From Acidobacteriota bacterium (lineage in GTDB: Bacteria > Acidobacteriota > UBA6911): a stretch of DNA of 64,000 nt. Both the position numbers and the translations under genes were made by a program. Below the pieces are notes generated by a model, which saw only the letters and a program-made list of their open reading frames with translations, did not search any database and was not told the origin of the DNA. Of the stretch, positions 48,234 through 56,896 are shown piece by piece (position 1 is the stretch's first letter; the number at the start of each line of letters is the position of its first letter). Location: the NCBI GenBank assembly GCA_963664705.1, contig OY761556.1:3008001-3072000 (forward strand), given 5' to 3'.

Positions 48234-49220
48234 TCACTGCAACCGGAAAGAGGCCACAATATCCTCAAAAACCGATTTCAGGTTCGAAAACTGGGAGGAC
48301 GGGCTTGTCAGCGTCAAAAAGCAAACCTGGTTTTTTACATAGGTAATATACATCCAGTCGACTTCCTTCTCCCGGGGTATCGGGGACTCTCCTTCCATAC
48401 TGATGAATTCGGCCGGCTGACCTCCCAGCGTCGTGGAACGACGATCAAGGATTCGCAATCCCGGATTCAACTCAACAAAGTTCTGGACCTGGTTATCAGC
48501 AGCCTTTTTCAGGTCGTTTGCGCCTTTATCTTCGTAACCCACTATCATTCCCAGCAGAATGGAGGTAACCCCTTCGGCGTTTCTTTGCCTTCCATCAGGG
48601 GCTGAAAAGTATGTGACGCGCCGGCTCGGAGACAGGGTGCTGGTCCAATTGGAAGGAATCGAAACGGCAAATCCATTGCCACGAAATGGAAGCATCGACC
48701 AGCCGGGCAATGTCACCGATGTCTTGGTCGGTTGAGAAACCGCGTTGACCGCCGGAGGTTTTTGGTTCGGAATAGCACCGGATGCTCCGGCCAGCCGGAC
48801 TTCAACCGTCTTGGGCCGCCCCGACTTAATAAGCATTATCGCAATGGTATCGCCCGGGGAAAACTTGCTCATGCGCTGAACCATTTCAGGGCTATTGCGG
48901 ATGGGAGTATTGTCAATGACCGCGATCACATCGCCGATCTGAATGCCAGCCTGCGCCGCGGGACCGCCCGGCTGCAACTGTATGACCATAACTCCCTGCA
49001 TATTGGTCAATCCATTTTGGCCCAAATCCATGGGAGTAATATCCCGAACCTGCACTCCAAGCACAGCCGGGTTTCCAGGAGCAGGGGTGTCTCCGGCCCA
49101 TGAGGCAAAGGGGCATGTACATAGCCAAAGTACGATCAAAGTCAAAAAACAGGTGAATCTTGTCAAGCCCGGAAGAGCCAGCGGATTCCCTTCTTGAGAT
49201 TGCCTGTGATCTCTTAACAT
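48234..49220 (-). CDS. Exported PDZ-domain protein with C-terminal PsbP/DcrB-like domain
   Basis: LGVQV, PGGPAAQAGIQIGDVI (PDZ); FAVSIPSNW, TTLGGQPA, FEDIVASFRL. Start uncertain. Confidence 0.75.
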   Translation of the reverse strand: MLRDHRQSQEGNPLALPGLTRFTCFLTLIVLWLCTCPFASWAGDTPAPGNPAVLGVQVRDITPMDLGQNGLTNMQGVMVIQLQPGGPAAQAGIQIGDVIAVIDNTPIRNSPEMVQRMSKFSPGDTIAIMLIKSGRPKTVEVRLAGASGAIPNQKPPAVNAVSQPTKTSVTLPGWSMLPFRGNGFAVSIPSNWTSTLSPSRRVTYFSAPDGRQRNAEGVTSILLGMIVGYEDKGANDLKKAADNQVQNFVELNPGLRILDRRSTTLGGQPAEFISMEGESPIPREKEVDWMYITYVKNQVCFLTLTSPSSQFSNLKSVFEDIVASFRLQ

Positions 49221-49369
49221 CGATGCCCCCGATCTTTCATTCTGAGAGTTGCATTTGAGGAAAAGGACTGTTCGGCCTGGCGCTTCAATATGATCTGACC
49301 GGCCATTATCCAATTTTTTACTTATCAACCATGAGGCCGCCGGGCCCCATGCAGGAACCGTAAATTGCT

Positions 49370-49933
49370 TCAAGGTTGATACTCGAGCAATTCGAATTTT
49401 GTAACTCCATTGTCGATGATCATTCCTGTCCATCCGGGGATGTCCCGACAGATATAAACACGGCGGGTGAACGAGGGCGCATCATCCTTCCCTTCCTCAG
49501 TGCGCTTGTGAACCTCATAATTCCAGGTACGCCCGGAAATCGTCAGCTGCACCGTCTTTTCCAGAGGGCCGATTTCTTCCATCATTTTCTTCCTTACGGC
49601 ATCCGCAATATAGCGCGGCCGGACAGCGGAGGAAGTGGAACTCGTCCCGTTCTCCAAAACGGTAACTTTGACGTTGGCCTGTTCATCCGTCAGAGAAACG
49701 ACCTCCTCGGTCACCTCCCGGGTTCGCTTGGGCGAATAGGGAGACAATTGCTCGGTTTGCCGAAAACGGACTTTAGTCCCAACTTTGGCAGTAAAATAGG
49801 GGCCGGGGACCTTTGGACCCTCACCCTGCCCGAATGCCAGAGAAACAACCAGGAAACACCAGAAGGTCAGGGCCGTTCTTTTCGAAAACCGGTTAAATAA
49901 TGAGCTGATTTGCACCGTCAGTTGGACGCACAT
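49370..49933 (-). CDS. Secreted hypothetical protein
   Basis: AAGGAG RBS, hydrophobic signal ending SLAFG, beta-rich body. Confidence 0.65.
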   Translation of the reverse strand: MCVQLTVQISSLFNRFSKRTALTFWCFLVVSLAFGQGEGPKVPGPYFTAKVGTKVRFRQTEQLSPYSPKRTREVTEEVVSLTDEQANVKVTVLENGTSSTSSAVRPRYIADAVRKKMMEEIGPLEKTVQLTISGRTWNYEVHKRTEEGKDDAPSFTRRVYICRDIPGWTGMIIDNGVTKFELLEYQP

Positions 49934-50050
49934 GAAATGCTCCTTTTTGCATAAATTTGAGAGTACCAAGTCCGCATGATTGGCATGGCCGAGCGATTCT
50001 CCGATTTCATTTCATTGGCTTCTGGAACCGGAAACAGCGGCGTTCAACCT

Positions 50051-50082
50051 CTATACGCGGCTTTCCTGGGAAAATCCCACCA
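50051..50082 (-). promoter_or_regulatory. Candidate ECF-sigma promoter, copy 2
   Basis: Minus strand TGGTGGgaTTTTcccaggaaagcCGCGTaTAG, about 118 nt upstream of ATG 49933. Confidence 0.45.
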
Positions 50083-50374
50083 TCCTTTACAAAGTTTTTT
50101 TACATTAATGGAGGGGCAAACCAATACAGCCTGGGGCTGGAACGCCCGAATCTCTGCGGGAGATTCAGGCACCCATTCCACAATCGAACTGCGGCCAAAT
50201 CAGCATTGGAAAGCGTAAAACAGGCCTTGGCAGGTTTGTTGCAGGGCAATGCGGGCATCAAAGGCTCAAAATCCTGAACAGATCTCAACCATTCGCTTCC
50301 GGCATCACCAAATACAGAACTACGCTGAGCTTATGGAACTTATGTGCCTCCTTAAAAAGCGTTCAATTCAGCCT

Positions 50375-51127
50375 TTATCTGAGTTTCATAGTGAAGGAAA
50401 AACTGCGATTGCGGTTGTCGCATCCTGTGCCCTCGATGGAACCGAAACCCATTCCGTGCCCGATGAAATTGGCGCGATATCCGGTATTGTCCGTCATCAA
50501 GGCTTCAAAAACGCTTCCGTTCATCTGACCTCTAAATTCAGGGCCTCCAGCGGGGTTCATGTTTCTGCCTGTAAAGATGCCATTGAGGGAAGGAATGCGA
50601 AATGTGTGATAGGACCGCGCCAGGTCGGCGCTGTTGATCACGACTATGTCCCACAGATCGCCCGATCCATTGAGATTATCATTCCCATTATTGATTCGCC
50701 CCGAATTGTCTCGCCCTGTGTCCCTGGGTATATCCGGTCGGCCCTTCTCTCCGCCGAATCCGCCCTGGTTGCCGCCATCATCCAGACCGGCAGTCTGGCC
50801 GGAACCTCCCGGACACTTTTTTAGATCATCTTCCATTAGCTTGATATTGGCATCGATGCTCGTACCCACAGAGTTCTTGCACCGGCCGTAATGCCAGGCT
50901 TTGTCGGTATCCATCAATTGAGGGGCATAATCTAACTTTTTTTGACATTGTCGATCCTGCCATTCCTTCGCTATCTTGACGGCTTTATCCGCATAGGTCT
51001 GGCAGGCATTTTCCAGTTCTGCGCCCGAAAGAATCCTCTGGGCAAAAAGATCCGCGCTATTGCAAAGCCCCAGCCAGACGGCAAACGCCAACAAACATAT
51101 GTGCGCTGTTTCTCGATTCATCTTCAT
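50375..51127 (-). CDS. Secreted hypothetical protein (Cys-containing helical domain, G/N/D-rich linker, beta domain)
   Basis: AGAGGA RBS, signal peptide, CQTYA..AV...C...H..RC...C. Confidence 0.7.
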   Translation of the reverse strand: MKMNRETAHICLLAFAVWLGLCNSADLFAQRILSGAELENACQTYADKAVKIAKEWQDRQCQKKLDYAPQLMDTDKAWHYGRCKNSVGTSIDANIKLMEDDLKKCPGGSGQTAGLDDGGNQGGFGGEKGRPDIPRDTGRDNSGRINNGNDNLNGSGDLWDIVVINSADLARSYHTFRIPSLNGIFTGRNMNPAGGPEFRGQMNGSVFEALMTDNTGYRANFIGHGMGFGSIEGTGCDNRNRSFSFTMKLR

Positions 51128-51605
51128 AGTTCCTCTTTAAATTCGGGCTATTTGGGGGACATCTTCGGTGTCCAGCTAGCCAGAATATCGGCCCTGTATG
51201 TCAGTCCATTAGCTAAATTCCTCCTATTCCGGATCAAGGTTAAGGAAGTCCGTTTAAAAACCGCTACTATTCACTACTTGCTGAGCCATAAACGTGCAGG
51301 ACTGGAGCAAGACAGTCTCCGCATGGTCTCACATACAGGCAAGGATTGCGGATCCTCATCAAGAAAGACCTCCTGAGACGGCACACAGAGAGTTCGTTGT
51401 GCGAATCTCTTAAAGCCGGCCAAGGCTGCATCCTTTTTTGGACTTGCTTGGCTAAGGTCAAAATAATAGGCTTCATTCATCGGAGTAATCAGGTGCTTCT
51501 GTCCGCGGTGGATCGGTGGGATCCTCCGTGAGCACGCAGAGATACTCCTGATACAGACGGCCGCCATAAAGAAGTCCGCGACAAAAGTACTGCAGAGGAA
51601 ATCGG

Positions 51606-53999
51606 ATGACCGATCAGGATATCAGCCAAAACTCAGGCAGGCGAAAATGGACATTTCTTGAATTTAACGTTCTCTCGTACTGGACGGGAAGATACGGGCT
51701 TACGGCTCTTGCCGTAGCGGCCTCCGCTGTGCTGCGATGGTTCATGCCGGACGTGCTCAGCCGCGCACCGTATCTCGGTTTTTACCCAGCGGTTGTTGTG
51801 GCCGCAATCCTGGGAGGAGTTGGTCCCGGCTTAGCCGCAACGTTCGGCTCAATGCTGCTGGTTAATTTTGTCTTTGTTCAATTCGATTTTCTTGATTACG
51901 GACTCCAGATGCGAAACGTGATCTGGATCCTCGGGGGCATCGGTGTCAGTGTCCTTGCCGGGAGGTTAAGACATGCGCACGAAGAGCTGCACCAGTTCAA
52001 CATGCAATTGGAGCAGCGCATGGCTGAGCAAAAGCTCGCGGAGGAAGCATTGCGTGCGAGCGAGGAGCGATTTAGAGTTGCGCAGGAATTATCGCCGGAC
52101 GGATTCACGATTTTCCGGCCATTTCGTGACGAGCAGGGTCGTGTCCTCGATTTCACTTGGATCTATGAAAATGAAGCGATCGCTCGTCTAAATGGTACAG
52201 AACCGAAAGCGGTAATCGGGCGTCGACTTCTGGAGATTATCCCCAGTCACGCCGGTTCACCTTTCCATAGAGCATACCAGCAGGTGGCGGAGACGCATCA
52301 GCCATGCGTTCTGGAAGCACCCTTCCATGGGGAGACGATGGCGGAGGAAAAATGGTTCCGGGTTGCAGTAGTGCCCAGCGGACAAGACATTGCTATTCTT
52401 GCGCAAGATGTTACCGCCCGCAAATCCGCGGAAGCGGCTCTGCATCAGAGTGAGCAGCGATTTCGCCTAGCTTTGCGCAATGCACCTGTCTCGGTAGGTG
52501 TGCAGGATCGCAATCTCCGCTACATCTGGGCTTATAACGTGCGCACGGCGCGGATAGAAGACGTTATAGGGCACACTGATGCGGACCTGTTCTCTCCGGA
52601 CGAAACCGCCCATCTCACGACGATGAAACGGCGTGTCATGGAGGAGGATATTGAGCTGCAGGAGCAGCTTTGGTTGACTCGGCCGAGCGGGCGCTTTTTT
52701 CTCGGCACGTACTGGGAACCCATCCATGATGCGGCCGGGCAGGTTGTCGGCGTCGGAAGCGCCACCGTCGACCTGACAGCTATCAAACTTGCTGAAGAAA
52801 AGCTGGCCAAAGCAAACGAAGAACTGGAGCAGCGCGTTACCGAGCGAACTGCTGAGCTGGCCCACCGAGCCACGCAGCTTCGGGCTCTTGCCGCAGAGCT
52901 TACTCTTTCCGAGCAGCGGGAGCGAAGCCGCCTGGCAAAGGTCCTGCATGATCATCTGCAGCAATTGCTTGTCGGAGCCAAGTTCCGTCTGGCAATCATT
53001 GAAAAAGCCTCAGAGGATCTGATCAGGAAGGCACTCAAAGAAGTCGAAGACCTGCTCGATGAATCCATCGCTGTTTCCCGTGATCTTACCGCTGAACTCA
53101 ATCCTCCCATATTGCAGGAGTCAGGACTCAACGCCGGACTCCAATGGCTGGTCCGTCGTATGGCGGATAAGCATGGCCTTTTTGTCGACCTCGAACTGGA
53201 GGAGGGCGGCCCAATTCCTGAGCAACTGAGAATCTTTCTATTCGACTCGATCCGCGAGCTTCTGTTCAATATCGTAAAGCATGCGCATACGAGTTCAGCC
53301 GCTCTCAGTTTGCGCCATGTTGACGATCATCTGCAGGTCACAATTTCGGATCCGGGGGTTGGCTTTGATCCAGCCACAATGCCGGCTGCAGGCGGCGGAG
53401 TGGGATACGGACTCTTCAGCATTCGTGAGCGGCTGGAGACCTTGGGGGGCCGCTTGCAGATTCAAAGCACCCCAGGCGAAGGAAGCCGGATGGTTTTGTC
53501 TGTTCCCGTCGCTCCCATCGGGAAGATAGAGCCGCAATTTCGGGAAATTCCGGAACGGCCGGGAGTTCAGCCTATCCTATCCGATGGTTCCATATCCGGG
53601 CGGAAGATCCGTGTATTGCTGGCTGACGATCACACGATCGTCCGGCAAGGATTTGCAAATATGCTCAGGTCTGAACCGGACCTTGATGTTATCGGTCAGG
53701 CCGCTGATGGCCAGGAAGCGGTTGAGATGGCTCTCAAACTCTTGCCCGACGTTATCCTCATGGACATAAGCATGCCCAAACTCAGCGGAATCGAGGCAAC
53801 ACGTGATATTTTTCGGGAACATCCCGAGATTGCTATATTGGGGCTATCCATGTTTGAAGAGCCCGATACCGCTCAAGCCATGCGTGACGCCGGCGCGGTG
53901 GATTACCTGACAAAAAGCGGACCTGCAGACGGGCTGATCAATGCCATAAGGAAGGCTATCCATTTTCCAGGCGCCAAACAGCGCGTGCCGATTAAGTGA
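51606..53999 (+). CDS. Membrane (DUF4118-like) PAS hybrid histidine kinase with receiver domain
   Basis: N-terminal TMs (FYPAVVVAAILGGVGPGLAAT), two PAS domains, LHDHLQQ, ELLFNIVKHA, REC domain. Paralog of the gene at 1..2331. Confidence 0.92.
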   Translation: MTDQDISQNSGRRKWTFLEFNVLSYWTGRYGLTALAVAASAVLRWFMPDVLSRAPYLGFYPAVVVAAILGGVGPGLAATFGSMLLVNFVFVQFDFLDYGLQMRNVIWILGGIGVSVLAGRLRHAHEELHQFNMQLEQRMAEQKLAEEALRASEERFRVAQELSPDGFTIFRPFRDEQGRVLDFTWIYENEAIARLNGTEPKAVIGRRLLEIIPSHAGSPFHRAYQQVAETHQPCVLEAPFHGETMAEEKWFRVAVVPSGQDIAILAQDVTARKSAEAALHQSEQRFRLALRNAPVSVGVQDRNLRYIWAYNVRTARIEDVIGHTDADLFSPDETAHLTTMKRRVMEEDIELQEQLWLTRPSGRFFLGTYWEPIHDAAGQVVGVGSATVDLTAIKLAEEKLAKANEELEQRVTERTAELAHRATQLRALAAELTLSEQRERSRLAKVLHDHLQQLLVGAKFRLAIIEKASEDLIRKALKEVEDLLDESIAVSRDLTAELNPPILQESGLNAGLQWLVRRMADKHGLFVDLELEEGGPIPEQLRIFLFDSIRELLFNIVKHAHTSSAALSLRHVDDHLQVTISDPGVGFDPATMPAAGGGVGYGLFSIRERLETLGGRLQIQSTPGEGSRMVLSVPVAPIGKIEPQFREIPERPGVQPILSDGSISGRKIRVLLADDHTIVRQGFANMLRSEPDLDVIGQAADGQEAVEMALKLLPDVILMDISMPKLSGIEATRDIFREHPEIAILGLSMFEEPDTAQAMRDAGAVDYLTKSGPADGLINAIRKAIHFPGAKQRVPIK

Positions 54000-54090
54000 T
54001 CGATGGAGGAAGCCTATCGCGCACGAACCTGCACGGATCCATCAATACTTGAGGTACATTTTGCCAGGCAGCGTGCCCTGCCAGGACTGC

Positions 54091-54264
54091 CTACCGCAAA
54101 TTGAACATCGGTTCTGACTGGCATAGTTTGTCCTCGCTTGTGGCAATCTTTCCACACTCGCGACAAAAGTAAGCCGGATAGTTTGCCAGGATTTTCAATT
54201 CTTCAAAATCCGAGGCGCGAGGGAACGGACAGACCTTTTCATCAGACTGTTTTCTTTCCGACAT
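54091..54264 (-). CDS. 57-aa four-Cys small protein (putative Zn/Fe finger), absent from the ORF track
   Basis: GAGGTG RBS then ATG. MSERKQSDEKVCPFPRASDFEELKILANYPAYFCRECGKIATSEDKLCQSEPMFNLR*. Confidence 0.72.
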   Translation of the reverse strand: MSERKQSDEKVCPFPRASDFEELKILANYPAYFCRECGKIATSEDKLCQSEPMFNLR

Positions 54265-54437
54265 CGATCACCTCAATTCCCGAAACCTTTCAGGAATATA
54301 AAATCGGATTTCACGTTGGTCAATTGCAGTACTGCTTGGCTGATGTATGTGCCTGAATTCCGGATACATTCGTCCAGGCAAAACTATATCTAGTCACCGG
54401 AGCAAGGCTCCAGAGCACAGCCCTCTCAATTCAATGG

Positions 54438-54776
54438 TCACTTAAAGCTTTCAACCGCGGCATTCTCGTTTTCGAAAACGTCAAAAACAGTTAAGAGCTT
54501 CGTGATTGTAAGCAGCTGATGCACTTTTTTGTTCAGGTTCAGGAGTTTCAATTTCCCACCCTGATTCGAAACGCTTGTGTATGCCGCGACCAATTCACCG
54601 ACACCCGAACTATCAATGTAGTTCACATCGGCAAGGTTCATTATGATTTTTTTGGAACCGCTATTTACGATATCCCGCACTTTGGTGCGAATAGCGGAAG
54701 TCCCTTCACCCAGGGTTATTTTCCCGCTCCAGTCGATGATGTTCACGTCACCCACAGTTCGCAGTGCCACGCTCAT
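54438..54776 (-). CDS. STAS-domain anti-sigma factor antagonist
   Basis: NLADVNYIDSSGVGELV, GGKLKL, LLTITKLLTVF; GAGGAG RBS. Confidence 0.93.
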   Translation of the reverse strand: MSVALRTVGDVNIIDWSGKITLGEGTSAIRTKVRDIVNSGSKKIIMNLADVNYIDSSGVGELVAAYTSVSNQGGKLKLLNLNKKVHQLLTITKLLTVFDVFENENAAVESFK

Positions 54777-55083
54777 ATGATCTCCTCAGATACTGAGTTC
54801 AAATCAGATCGGCTCCTTTGACAGGGGAGCACTGGACTATTTGTATATATATAGGATTGGATGCAGCCGTATGCAAAAACGGCTGCTAAAAATCTGGCGG
54901 GCTGCCCTGCTGGAATCTCTCCATAGCGGGAATCCGCATGCCCATATTCCTGTCCATCGAACAAATCCACCGATTGGTCAAAATCGCTAAACGATCTTCG
55001 TCCCTGGACAGGAATCTATGAACATCGATTGCAGGGGTAATCCCTAATCCCAAATGATTGGGGCAAAGCACCAAGACATTGGA

Positions 55084-56226
55084 TTACCCTGCTATTTTGT
55101 GAACAGCTTTGGCGATGACAGGGATCGCGCGGTCAATCTCTTGATGCGTGGTGTGCCTGCCAACTGAGAAACGAATGGTTCCCATTGCCCACTCCTTCGG
55201 TACCTGCATTGCAGTCAGCACGGCCGAAATTGTTACACCATCAGCATGGCATGCGGCGCCCGCGGACGCAGCGACCTGCTCGCCGATCTCCGAAAGCAAA
55301 GTGGTTGCTTCAATGTTGCGAAAACTCAGGCTGAGTGTGTTTGGCAACCGACGTTCTGGATGGCCATTCAATTGGACGAGGCCATCTCCAAGCTCACGCC
55401 GGAGACCTTCATGCAAACGGTCCCGCATGAACCTGAAATGAACTATATTCCCGTCTAAATCCCTTTGCGCTATTTTGCAGGCATGTCCAAGGCCGACAAT
55501 CTCCAAAACATTTTCCGTCCCAGGCCGCCTTCCGCTTTCATGGTTGGCTCCATGAAGCAATTTTTCCAAACGAACTCCATCCCTGATAAACAATGCACCA
55601 ATGCCCTTCGGCGCATAAACCTTGTGGCCTGCAACCGTCAACAGGTCAACTCCCAATTTATCGACCTCAACAGAAACCTTGCCGATCGATTGCGCAGCGT
55701 CGGTGTGAAATAGTGCTCGGTGCTGATGCGCAATGGTGCAAAGCTCTGCAATGGGCTGTATAGTCCCGACCTCATTGTTAGCGTGCATTACGCTCACCAA
55801 TGCAGTGTCCGCAGTAATCACTCTTTTCAGCTCGGCAGGATCCACCAGTCCGTGCCGATCCACGGGCAAAACAACCAGCCGGAACCCGTGCTGCTCCAAC
55901 CACCAGCAGACTTCCATAACCGCCGGGTGTTCGATCGACGAAGTGATGATCTGCCTCTTCTCATTCTGGTATGCCCACGCCACGCCCTTTATCGCGGCAT
56001 TATTGCTTTCTGTTCCTCCGCTGGTGAACACCAAATTATGCGCCTCACAAGCCAGGAGGTCCGCAACCTGGCTTCGCGCATTTTCGACCGCTTTTTTTGC
56101 AATAGAGCCGAAGGAATGAGCGCTGGAAGGATTTCCAAAATGCTCCAATAAATAAGGCGCCATTGCATCAGCTACTTCTCGGTCAATGGGCGTGGTTGCG
56201 TTGTAATCAAGATAGATAGGTTTCAT
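55084..56226 (-). CDS. Group I cysteine desulfurase / selenocysteine-lyase-like PLP enzyme
   Basis: YLDYNATTP, GNPSS, FTSGGTES, HTDAAQ, GHKVYAPKG; active-site loop SAGAACH. Confidence 0.9.
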   Translation of the reverse strand: MKPIYLDYNATTPIDREVADAMAPYLLEHFGNPSSAHSFGSIAKKAVENARSQVADLLACEAHNLVFTSGGTESNNAAIKGVAWAYQNEKRQIITSSIEHPAVMEVCWWLEQHGFRLVVLPVDRHGLVDPAELKRVITADTALVSVMHANNEVGTIQPIAELCTIAHQHRALFHTDAAQSIGKVSVEVDKLGVDLLTVAGHKVYAPKGIGALFIRDGVRLEKLLHGANHESGRRPGTENVLEIVGLGHACKIAQRDLDGNIVHFRFMRDRLHEGLRRELGDGLVQLNGHPERRLPNTLSLSFRNIEATTLLSEIGEQVAASAGAACHADGVTISAVLTAMQVPKEWAMGTIRFSVGRHTTHQEIDRAIPVIAKAVHKIAG

Positions 56227-56250
56227 TTCATCCTCATGCAGCCATTCTCA

Positions 56251-56883
56251 TTACTTAGGATCAGAACGCTTAGATGCAATCTCTGCGGCCATTTGCAGGT
56301 GGCGCTCCAAAATAGCAGTTGTCCCACCGGTTGTCTCGAGTGTCAAGTTGAAGATCCGGCAAAACTCACCGGCTCGTTCAAGAAACTGCTGATTCCCGTT
56401 CACACCTGTATCGATAAAGAGGCCTCGTCTGTAGTGCACAAAAAGTCTTTTTGCCATTTCCAGAGGATCTTTGCCATATTTTATCACGCGGTCAGCTTTG
56501 AGATTCTTGATTACGAGCTCCGGGCCGGCATCCGCCCAACCCGGAGTCATGAACCATGTTCCAACCTCCTTGCGGATTTCGCTTGTGTATTTTTCCGGGG
56601 TCATCAGGATCTGGATACAGTCATCCATCTGAGGCATCACAATGGGAATATCAAATTCGGCCTCAATTCCCTTGAGTGACTGGCAGTACCCATACCCCAG
56701 GAATATTACATCCACTCTGTCCTTTATAGAATCGATCTGCTCGCGAATGGCCTCTTTCATTCGTTTCGGATAGCAATGAAGGGCTACTTCAAGATAGATG
56801 ACCTCGCAGATTCCCTGCTTAGACTGCAGAATCCTGTCCAGCTCGAGTTTCATTATGTTGCAGGCAATGACACCGATTTTCAC
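56251..56883 (-). CDS. DUF1638-like protein
   Basis: VIAC, LH..P..M...I, FLGYGYC, DDCI..L, WFMTPGW, FIDTG. GTG start. Confidence 0.8.
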   Translation of the reverse strand: MKIGVIACNIMKLELDRILQSKQGICEVIYLEVALHCYPKRMKEAIREQIDSIKDRVDVIFLGYGYCQSLKGIEAEFDIPIVMPQMDDCIQILMTPEKYTSEIRKEVGTWFMTPGWADAGPELVIKNLKADRVIKYGKDPLEMAKRLFVHYRRGLFIDTGVNGNQQFLERAGEFCRIFNLTLETTGGTTAILERHLQMAAEIASKRSDPK

Positions 56884-56896
56884 TGCATCGTCCTTT

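Noticed and set aside
54085-54190. GGCAAAC/GGACAAAC motifs resembling a c-di-GMP riboswitch (minus strand)
   Set aside because: The stems do not form, and the region is explained by the 57-aa CDS.
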